Positions 37,876 to 45,076 of a DNA stretch of 64,000 bases are shown piece after piece (within the stretch, counting starts at the first letter, position 1; each line of letters opens with the position of its first letter). The stretch lies in assembly GCA_041665545.1 (NCBI GenBank), contig JBAYIQ010000004.1, positions 18,132 to 82,131 of the forward strand, read 5' to 3'. Origin of the DNA: Patescibacteria group bacterium (GTDB taxonomy: Bacteria; Patescibacteriota; Patescibacteriia; UBA1558; GWA2-36-10). Made by a program: the position numbers and the translations under genes. Below the pieces are notes generated by a model that saw only the letters and a program-made list of their open reading frames with translations, was not told where the DNA came from and ran no database searches.

Positions 37876-38205
37876 ATGAAAAAAATAATAAATTTATTTT
37901 GGTTAGCCACTCTTCCTCTATCTGCTTGGTCGGCAACAGACGGGAAAATTGAGCTTGAAAACCCCGTATCAGCAGATAGTGTGCCAGAACTTATCAATAC
38001 TGTAATTAAAGCAATTTTAGGCATAGTCGGCGCCGTAGCTTTGTTGTATTTGGTGTTGGGTGGTTTCACTTGGCTGACTTCCCAAGGCAATCCGGAAAAA
38101 GTAAAAAAAGGCCGAGAGACATTGGTTTGGGCGATCTTTGGTCTAGCTATGATTTTCTTTAGCTACGTGATATTGAATTATGTCTTTACCGAATTTTTAA
38201 AATAA
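37876..38205 (+). CDS. TrbC/VirB2-like T4SS-pilin-family paralog 2
   Basis: ORF track 37822..38205; the true start is MKKIINLF, because the upstream part is the MITE. Signal peptide LATLPLSAWSA, then the core ILGIVGAVALLYLVLGGFTWLTSQGNPEKVKKGRETLVWAIFGLAMIFFSYVILNYVF. Confidence 0.55.
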   Translation: MKKIINLFWLATLPLSAWSATDGKIELENPVSADSVPELINTVIKAILGIVGAVALLYLVLGGFTWLTSQGNPEKVKKGRETLVWAIFGLAMIFFSYVILNYVFTEFLK

Positions 38206-38223
38206 ATATAATTTTTTTGGTTC

Positions 38224-38252
38224 TTGATGTTTTGTGGTTTTTAGACTATAAT
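38224..38252 (+). promoter_or_regulatory. Putative promoter for pilin paralog 3 (TTGATG-17-TATAAT)
   Basis: TTGATGTTTTGTGGTTTTTAGACTATAAT lies about 65 nt upstream of a strong Shine-Dalgarno (AGGGGGTGA) and the ATG at 38317. Confidence 0.4.
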
Positions 38253-38316
38253 ATTATTAGTAAAAAGTACCTTGTTATTAATTATTAAAATCCTAAAAAT
38301 GAAAGGGGGTGAAGAA

Positions 38317-38682
38317 ATGAAAAAATTATTAGTTTCATTAATGCTTTTAGCGCCATCAATGGCCATGGCTCAAGCTCCTGTTGTGGAAGATGACCCATTT
38401 GGTCGAAACACCTTACAAGAGCTTTCAACAGCTGGTGAAAGTAAAGATATATTTGTGGTTATTTCAAACATTGTTAATATTATCTTGACTTTCTTAGGCG
38501 CTATTGCTGTGTTGTTATTCCTTTATGGTGGATTCAAGTGGTTCACCTCTCAAGGTAATAGTGAGCAAATTGAAGCTGCCAAGAAAATCATGGGCGCTGC
38601 CGTTGTTGGCTTGGCCATTATTTTCGCTTCATACGCCGCCGCTCAATACATCTTCGATCAGTTGTCGAATCAACTTTTATAG
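38317..38682 (+). CDS. TrbC/VirB2-like T4SS-pilin-family paralog 3
   Basis: Start MKKLLVSLMLLAPSMAMAQA (signal peptide) after the Shine-Dalgarno. Core LTFLGAIAVLLFLYGGFKWFTSQGNSEQIEAAKKIMGAAVVGLAIIFASYAAAQYIF. Confidence 0.55.
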   Translation: MKKLLVSLMLLAPSMAMAQAPVVEDDPFGRNTLQELSTAGESKDIFVVISNIVNIILTFLGAIAVLLFLYGGFKWFTSQGNSEQIEAAKKIMGAAVVGLAIIFASYAAAQYIFDQLSNQLL

Positions 38683-38756
38683 TGGTATATTTGGATTCAA
38701 GACATATAGTCTAGACTATAGTAGGCAAGCTTTTTGCCTACTAAGGTGTGAATTAT

Positions 38757-39146
38757 ATGTATAAATATATTATTTCATTATTTCTATTGTTGCCCTTTAC
38801 TGTCCTAGCAGTGAATCCTTTGGATTCTTTGAATGAGGCAGCCGGAGGCACTGGCTTGGTGAGTAATAAAACTCCGATTCAGATTGTTACTAGCATCATC
38901 AACACCATCCTTTATTTTGTGGGGGCTATAGTTATTGTCCTGATGCTTTGGGCGGGCTTCAAGTGGATGACTTCAGCTGGCAACACTGAAGCCATCAAAA
39001 AATCTAGAGAAACTATTATCAATGCCGTGATTGGCTTGGTAATTATTTTTGCGTCTTATGTGATAGTCAATTTTGTGATGTTAAGACTTATTGAGGGTAT
39101 TGGTGTTGGTGGCACTGGAGGTTCTCCGGCGACAGTTGCTGATTAA
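38757..39146 (+). CDS. TrbC/VirB2-like T4SS-pilin-family paralog 4, Gly/Thr/Ser/Pro-rich C-terminal tail
   Basis: ORF track 38748 (GTG); the ATG at 38757 has the better Shine-Dalgarno (AAGGTG). Signal peptide ISLFLLLPFTVLA. Core LYFVGAIVIVLMLWAGFKWMTSAGNTEAIKKSRETIINAVIGLVIIFASYVIVNFV. Tail GIGVGGTGGSPATVAD. Confidence 0.55.
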   Translation: MYKYIISLFLLLPFTVLAVNPLDSLNEAAGGTGLVSNKTPIQIVTSIINTILYFVGAIVIVLMLWAGFKWMTSAGNTEAIKKSRETIINAVIGLVIIFASYVIVNFVMLRLIEGIGVGGTGGSPATVAD

Positions 39147-39169
39147 GGGTTCTAGTTAAATTTTTATAA

Positions 39170-39215
39170 AATAAAGCGGCTCCAGTCCATTGCGACTAGA
39201 GCCGTTTTTTCGATG
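39170..39215. terminator. Bidirectional terminator between pilin paralog 4 (+) and the 39230 lipoprotein (-)
   Basis: CGGCTCCAGTCCATTGCGACTAGAGCCG hairpin with an A/T-run on the upstream side and GTTTTTTCG on the downstream side. Confidence 0.5.
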
Positions 39216-39229
39216 AGGTGTGTGTTTTT

Positions 39230-39913
39230 TTATAGCCTGATACAGCCACCCCTGTCCAGCAGCATACCCTGATTGTTGTTGGGGATAAAGTCATTGATCA
39301 AGAAGACAGCGTCAACTGACCGACCCTGCCACGGCACCTTGTGTCCGGGCGCAAGATTTCGACAGCCACGGATGACTCGTCCTCTGTCTTCCCAAACCAG
39401 TACGAAGTCGCCAGCTGCGATGAAGATGATTTTCTCTTCGTGGGGACGAAGAGTAAACACCGGCCCTTGTATGTTTTGGAAGGTTTTGGTCTGAGAGCTG
39501 ATGTTTTTTACCACTACCTCTAGCCGCGCCCAGCCTTGCACGAGGAATTCATCAACGATAATTGGCTCGCCAGTGTACAGACCGACTACGTGGTTTTCTT
39601 CCCCGTGTAGCACCTGGTCATTTCCTACCCATGGAGCCGTCCAGATTTCGTAACGTATGTATTTTTGTGCTCTCGTTTCTACAGGGAAGTCCCTTCCGTA
39701 GGGGAGTGGGATCTTGGGTCCACCGTTGACTGACACAACGGCCCAGCCAATGTAGTGCCGTTGGAAGGTCAATGTGACGGTGGGTGGGTTATCGCCGTAG
39801 GGATGATCGAGAGCGCGACCCTGTTCGTCGCGGAACTCGGTGCCGAGGCCCAAGCAGCCACAAAGGGGCAACAGGGCCATCAGGCACAGGGAGATAAGCA
39901 CATAGCGACGCAT
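39230..39913 (-). CDS. High-GC lipoprotein, unknown function
   Basis: ORF track 39230..39925 (GTG); the ATG at 39913 (MRRYVLISLCLMALLPLCGC lipobox-like) is preceded by Shine-Dalgarno GTGAGGTG. GC is about 53%. It has its own exact TTGACA-17-TATAAT promoter. I recognise no domain. Confidence 0.5.
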   Translation of the reverse strand: MRRYVLISLCLMALLPLCGCLGLGTEFRDEQGRALDHPYGDNPPTVTLTFQRHYIGWAVVSVNGGPKIPLPYGRDFPVETRAQKYIRYEIWTAPWVGNDQVLHGEENHVVGLYTGEPIIVDEFLVQGWARLEVVVKNISSQTKTFQNIQGPVFTLRPHEEKIIFIAAGDFVLVWEDRGRVIRGCRNLAPGHKVPWQGRSVDAVFLINDFIPNNNQGMLLDRGGCIRL

Positions 39914-39976
39914 ATAGCACCTCACTTGTTGAATGTTCTTTTTTTAGGCCCAAAATAGGGCTTTTACTAACACTAT

Positions 39977-40005
39977 ATTATACACCACATAGCCAAAATT
40001 GTCAA
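39977..40005 (-). promoter_or_regulatory. Exact consensus sigma70 promoter (TTGACA-17-TATAAT) for the 39230..39913 lipoprotein gene
   Basis: Minus-strand reading TTGACAATTTTGGCTATGTGGTGTATAAT. Confidence 0.6.
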
Positions 40006-40042
40006 TGTCTAGTTTTGAAAACAACCCGTCGGGTTGAATTAG

Positions 40043-41950
40043 TTGTGCTATAATTATTGTATGAATTTTGTTAGTAAAATAAAATTGGCTATAGCCAAAC
40101 ATAGCCAAAGATATTTGTGGGTTAGCATTTTAGCTTTTATTTTGCTATTTACTTTTTTGGTTCTTAAGAAATATTATTATTTTGGCTACAATATTTCTGA
40201 TTTGGGAATTTTTAATCAAACCTTTTTTAATACTTTGCAGGGGCGCTGGTTTGCTGAAACTATTACTTTGAACAATTATCTAGCTGATCATTTTTCACCT
40301 GGCTTGATTTTTTTATTGCCATTTTACGCTATCAAGCCATCAGCTATTACTCTGTTAATTATTCAGGTAGTGATTACCGCCCTATGCGCTTGGCCAATTT
40401 ATCTTATTGCCAAAAAATATTCCAGCAATGTTATTTTCGCTTATGGTGCAGCTTTTTTGTGGCTGATTAATCCTTTTGTTCATCGTCAGGTGTTATTTGA
40501 GTTTCACATGTTGCACCTGATGGTCTTTTTATTTTTTTGGGCTTTTTATTTTTATCAACAAAAAAAGATTAAGTGGTTTGTATTATTTTTTATTCTTACC
40601 CTACTTACTCGTGAAGATGCTGTTTTTTTATTTTTGGGTCTGGCCCTGTTTAATGTGCTAGAAAAAAGATCACTAAAGTTTAGTGTTAATATTTTTACTT
40701 GTTCACTAATATATTTTTTTGTGGCCACTTATATTATTCATTTGATTTCGCCAGCTGGTAGTTTCAAATTTTTGGTATATTATGATTGGCTAGGAGGCAA
40801 TAGTTTTGTTAGCATTATTTTTAATTGGTTAAAGCACCCTCTGGCCGTGCTTGGCCATATTTTTACCATAAATAATATTATTCTTATTTTTTATTATTTT
40901 TTGCCATTTCTTTTTATTCCTTTTTTAGCCAAGAAATATTTACTTTTGTCATTAGTTCCATTTTCGCTATATCTGATGAAGAACGGCGGTATCAATGGTG
41001 TCCAGTTACAAACGCATTATGTCATGTTTTTGATGCCCGGAATTTTCTTGGCCTATATTTTTGGGCTTTGGGGTATATTTAGTAAAAAAAATGATCGAAA
41101 ATTAAGATTGGTTTATAAGCACCAGCCGTTTTTTATTGCTTTATTTATTTTTTCGATTTTATTTTTTTTGATATTTGACACACCCATTCCTTCATTATTT
41201 AGCAAGAAATTTTTACCAAATTATCACCAAGATCGGCAAAAAATAATTGACTTGATTCCACCCCAGTCAGCAGTATGCGCCGATTCATCATTTTTGCCGG
41301 CCCTGAGCTTACGCGAGAAGCTTTATAATATTGATTATGCTTATTATGGCAAAACAATATTTGCGGAAAGAGATTTTAGCTTGCCAAAAGTAGACTATAT
41401 ATTGATGGACATGAGCCAGTTTATTTCCACCAAAAATGACAGTAATGGTCCACTGTATTGGAAGCACGGTGATCCGCTGACTATGCCGGATCGTTGGGGG
41501 GCTGTTTTGGCAGATTATGATTTGACTTATGCTCAAGACAATATTTTTTTGTGGCAGAGCAAAGATGCTTTTGTTAGAAAAAGCTTGCCGTATTTTGAGC
41601 TTAGACCAGTGGAGGGCGGAGAAGGTGATCTGCTCACAAATTGGTCATTGACCCAGTCGGCTGAGGCGCAGATATTGAAAATAAATTACAACAAGTTGGA
41701 CACCAATTATTATTTAGTTAGATTTTATCAGAATGATCAATACTGGGAAACACTTTTTGATTATGGGCTTTACTCAAAAGCGCAAAATGAAGCTGGTCAA
41801 ACAGCAACAGTTTATTATTATTTAAACAGTGCAGTGGATTCTTTTGAGATTTATCATTATGAAAGTCGCAATGTTTTGGGTGACTGGAGTAATCTTGGTC
41901 TGCTTATCAAAAGAGAAAAAGTATTTGATAGGACTTATTTTAGTAAATAA
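40043..41950 (+). CDS. Large polytopic membrane protein (about 14 TM), DUF2079-like; possible GT-C-fold glycosyltransferase
   Basis: A 635 aa protein with N-terminal FGYNISDLGIFNQTFFNTLQGRWF, then many TM helices and a about 250 aa extracytoplasmic C-terminal domain. The family assignment is from memory of DUF2079-type N-termini. Confidence 0.35.
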   Translation: MCYNYCMNFVSKIKLAIAKHSQRYLWVSILAFILLFTFLVLKKYYYFGYNISDLGIFNQTFFNTLQGRWFAETITLNNYLADHFSPGLIFLLPFYAIKPSAITLLIIQVVITALCAWPIYLIAKKYSSNVIFAYGAAFLWLINPFVHRQVLFEFHMLHLMVFLFFWAFYFYQQKKIKWFVLFFILTLLTREDAVFLFLGLALFNVLEKRSLKFSVNIFTCSLIYFFVATYIIHLISPAGSFKFLVYYDWLGGNSFVSIIFNWLKHPLAVLGHIFTINNIILIFYYFLPFLFIPFLAKKYLLLSLVPFSLYLMKNGGINGVQLQTHYVMFLMPGIFLAYIFGLWGIFSKKNDRKLRLVYKHQPFFIALFIFSILFFLIFDTPIPSLFSKKFLPNYHQDRQKIIDLIPPQSAVCADSSFLPALSLREKLYNIDYAYYGKTIFAERDFSLPKVDYILMDMSQFISTKNDSNGPLYWKHGDPLTMPDRWGAVLADYDLTYAQDNIFLWQSKDAFVRKSLPYFELRPVEGGEGDLLTNWSLTQSAEAQILKINYNKLDTNYYLVRFYQNDQYWETLFDYGLYSKAQNEAGQTATVYYYLNSAVDSFEIYHYESRNVLGDWSNLGLLIKREKVFDRTYFSK

Positions 41951-41954
41951 TCAA

Positions 41955-43556
41955 CTAGTAAGTTATTTTATAAATTAGAAAATATTTATCTTCATAAGAC
42001 AGGGAAATATTCCGGTCTTTTTTTATATTGGCAATCAGGTTTTCGTGTCGATTTTTTTCCACGAAAATATAGCTACTCTTGAAATTACTTTTAATTTCCC
42101 AAGCCAAGTTGTCTTTTAGGTCACCCCTGGCGATATCAATGTATTTTTTTTGTAAATCAGGATGCGAAAAATACATAAAAGAAAAGTCTAAACCAACAAT
42201 GTAATAATTGTGGTCGTTATAATAAAAAAGCATTGGCCACTCATCCCAATCTTCGTGAAAGACTATACTATTTTTGGGGGTATTATTTTTTAACCAATTA
42301 GCGCTTGGCTGATAGCGATCAATTGGGAGATCTTTAGGCGTTTTGGTATCCAAGATTTTTTTGTAAATATTTGGTTGCGCAAGAATACAAAAAATAGCTA
42401 AATAAATTAGCAAGAAAGTTTTTTGCCACCTCAGTAGAGATTTGAAATACTTAGTAATTGTTTTAAGGCCAATTTTTTTTATAATATCGGTCCAAGCGCT
42501 GGCTGTAAAAATTAATAAAAAAGGCAGATAATATTCAATAAAACGATATGATTTTATGGTCAATAACAAAAATAAAAAACTTAGTAAAAAACTGAACCAG
42601 CTCAAATGGCTTATTTTTTTGTAGTTGAAAAACAAAATTATTATAGCAATTACCCCTAGGATAAAAAAATAGTCTCCCGCAGAGATTACTTGCGGAATTG
42701 AGCGACCATACCACTCACCGCCAACGGAAAAAAGATAGCCATAGTTGATGACGCCAATTAGAAAAAATTGCTCGTAATAAAACTTTAAATTGTGGGGGAA
42801 ATAGGGGTTGATTATTACTCCTGCTAATAAACCACCCACCAAGAATAGCAAGGTTTTTTTATCAGCAATGAATTTATTTTTATCATCCCAAGATATGAGC
42901 AGGCGTTGGTGAAAAAGCTTGATTTTTTTGTGGTGTATAAAATCATAAATAGCCGTAGCCAGCAAAAAAATAAGGCCTATTAACATGGCGATTGGCCAGC
43001 CACCATATAGCCAGACAAAAAGAAAACACAGAATGAAAATTAGCCAGCGTTTTTTGTAATATAAGGCATAAATTAAAAAACAGACAAATATTAAAGACAA
43101 GCTATTTACCTTGATTAAGGTCAGGCGAAAAGTAAGGTCAGGCAAGCTGATGAGTAAAAAAGTCCACAGCCATGGCCAGATAATACTTAGCTTTTTAAAC
43201 AGCCAGTAGAAAGTGAGTCCCATTAAAGCGGCAAAAAATATTGTGGCCACCTTGACTCCGATTAGCGGTGATTGGATATAAGTAAAAGGCACTAATAATA
43301 AGTGATAAAGCAGGTGATGGTCAGTAAAGTGCTCAGTAATTGAGCTGTATTGCATCCACGGCAAGCTTTTGAGTAATATACCGTGTCTTAGGAAATCAGC
43401 CACCTTGGCGTGGTAAAAGCCGTCAGGATCGCCTATATAGCCACCCCACTGCAAACAAGCATAATAAAACGCTAAAACCAAAAAAATCAGCCAATAATCT
43501 AATTTGAGCTGGAAGAATATTTTTTTAAATTTTAGCCATTTTTCTTCAGCTGTCAT
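41955..43556 (-). CDS. Large polytopic membrane protein, GT-C-like (PMT/ArnT-type) candidate glycosyltransferase
   Basis: A 533 aa protein. The first extracytoplasmic loop carries a GDPDGFYHAKVA acidic motif reminiscent of the GT-C DxD/DE...Y motif. It has many TM helices and a C-terminal soluble domain. Confidence 0.35.
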   Translation of the reverse strand: MTAEEKWLKFKKIFFQLKLDYWLIFLVLAFYYACLQWGGYIGDPDGFYHAKVADFLRHGILLKSLPWMQYSSITEHFTDHHLLYHLLLVPFTYIQSPLIGVKVATIFFAALMGLTFYWLFKKLSIIWPWLWTFLLISLPDLTFRLTLIKVNSLSLIFVCFLIYALYYKKRWLIFILCFLFVWLYGGWPIAMLIGLIFLLATAIYDFIHHKKIKLFHQRLLISWDDKNKFIADKKTLLFLVGGLLAGVIINPYFPHNLKFYYEQFFLIGVINYGYLFSVGGEWYGRSIPQVISAGDYFFILGVIAIIILFFNYKKISHLSWFSFLLSFLFLLLTIKSYRFIEYYLPFLLIFTASAWTDIIKKIGLKTITKYFKSLLRWQKTFLLIYLAIFCILAQPNIYKKILDTKTPKDLPIDRYQPSANWLKNNTPKNSIVFHEDWDEWPMLFYYNDHNYYIVGLDFSFMYFSHPDLQKKYIDIARGDLKDNLAWEIKSNFKSSYIFVEKNRHENLIANIKKDRNISLSYEDKYFLIYKITY

Positions 43557-43859
43557 GGGTCAATTCTAGCAGAAAAAAAATAAACAATAAAGAAAAAATA
43601 TCTCCGCCCATTCGATCTGGTTCGACTTCGCTCACCACAAGCCACTCAGGGCGTCGATAACAAAATATCTCCGCCAGGCATGGGCGCGGAGATATGGTAG
43701 TTTTGGGATATGGGCGTTTTGCTCAAGAGCAAGGAGTTTGTAACTGCTTCTAGTTTATTATTATTCAAAAGCGAAGTCAAGTGCATAAGTAAAAATGGTT
43801 GATTTTTTACCCCAATATTGTTAAGATACCTACATAAATTAAGATTATATTTTTCTTTT

Positions 43860-44564
43860 ATGAGCGGACATTCCAAGTGGGCAACAACCAAAAGAGCCAA
43901 ATCAGCCATTGACGCTAAGCGGGGCAATATTTTTACTAAATTGTCCAAAAATATCACCATTGCTGCCAGGAGCGGTGTTGATCCGGAAACAAATTTTAAA
44001 TTGCGCATTGCCATTGATAAGGCCAGGGGTTTTAATATGCCCAAAGACAATATTGAGCGGGCTGTCAAAAGAGCCACCGGAATAGGTGGTGATAGCAATA
44101 TTGAAAATTTATTGTACGAAGCTTATGGTCCAGAGGGAGTCGCTATATTGATAGAAGCCATTACTGATAATAAAAACCGAGCCGTGGCTACTCTCAAGCA
44201 GTCATTGGGAAAACACGACGGTAGCTTGGCCGGCAGTGGTAGCGTGTTGTGGATGTTTGATATGAGAGGCGAGATAATTTTGAATAAAAAAAACCTCAAT
44301 GAGCAAGAGGAACTGCAAGTCATTGAAATGGGTATTATTGATGTTGTCAATGAAGAACCAGTCAAGCTGATTACAGAAATAAATGACTTAGAAAAAATAA
44401 AAAATAATTTGCAAGCCAAGGGTTTTGAAATCAGTTCTTCGGAAATGGTTTATTTATCAAAAAATAAAGTAGAAGTAAAGGATAGTGAAAAATTGATAAA
44501 ATTATTGGATGAATTAGACGAGCTGGATGATGTCAACAACATCTACACCAACGCCAATATATAA
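43860..44564 (+). CDS. yebC: YebC/PmpR-family transcriptional regulator
   Basis: MSGHSKWATTKRAKSAIDAKRGNIFTKLSKNITIAARSGVDPETNFKLRIAIDKARGFNMPKDNIERAVKRATG is a near-consensus YebC N-terminus. The ORF track starts at 43818. Confidence 0.85.
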   Translation: MSGHSKWATTKRAKSAIDAKRGNIFTKLSKNITIAARSGVDPETNFKLRIAIDKARGFNMPKDNIERAVKRATGIGGDSNIENLLYEAYGPEGVAILIEAITDNKNRAVATLKQSLGKHDGSLAGSGSVLWMFDMRGEIILNKKNLNEQEELQVIEMGIIDVVNEEPVKLITEINDLEKIKNNLQAKGFEISSSEMVYLSKNKVEVKDSEKLIKLLDELDELDDVNNIYTNANI

Positions 44565-44567
44565 ATC

Positions 44568-45062
44568 ATGACAAAAAAATTTACTATTTTAGGATTTGAT
44601 CCGGGTCTGGCTGATACTGGTTTTGGTGTGATTTGTCGGGAAAACAATAAATTGCAGTATTTGACCTGTGGTAGTATAAAAACCAGAGCTGGGGAAAGTT
44701 TTTCTAGCCGAATATTGGAGATATATCAAGAAGTGAGTGGATTGCTTGGGGAATATAAACCAGATTTGGTGGCTGTAGAAAAGCTTTTTTTTGCCAAAAA
44801 CACTAAGACAGCCATTGATGTCAGTCAGGCCAGAGGAGTGCTGTTGCTAGCCATCGTTGAGCAGAAAAAAACTTTGGTAGAACTGACGCCTTTGCAGGTG
44901 AAGCAGGCAGTGACTGGCTCGGGGCAGGCCAGTAAACGGCAGATTGGTGTCATGGTCAAGACTTTGCTACAGTTATCAGCCGTGCCAAAGTCCGATGATG
45001 CGGCCGATGCTTTGGCCATTGCTATTGCTGGCGCTTCGTTTAATACATTGTTAAGAAAATAA
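44568..45062 (+). CDS. ruvC: Crossover junction endodeoxyribonuclease RuvC
   Basis: ILGFDPGLADTGFGVI (catalytic Asp), and C-terminal DDAADALAIAIAG. Confidence 0.85.
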   Translation: MTKKFTILGFDPGLADTGFGVICRENNKLQYLTCGSIKTRAGESFSSRILEIYQEVSGLLGEYKPDLVAVEKLFFAKNTKTAIDVSQARGVLLLAIVEQKKTLVELTPLQVKQAVTGSGQASKRQIGVMVKTLLQLSAVPKSDDAADALAIAIAGASFNTLLRK

Positions 45063-45076
45063 TTTATCCTATTAGG

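Noticed and set aside
43646-44098. 150 aa minus-strand ORF overlapping the yebC start region
   Set aside because: It is antisense to the conserved yebC 5' end and to intergenic hairpins (ATATCTCCGC-loop-GCGGAGATAT) and has no motifs. It is likely spurious.
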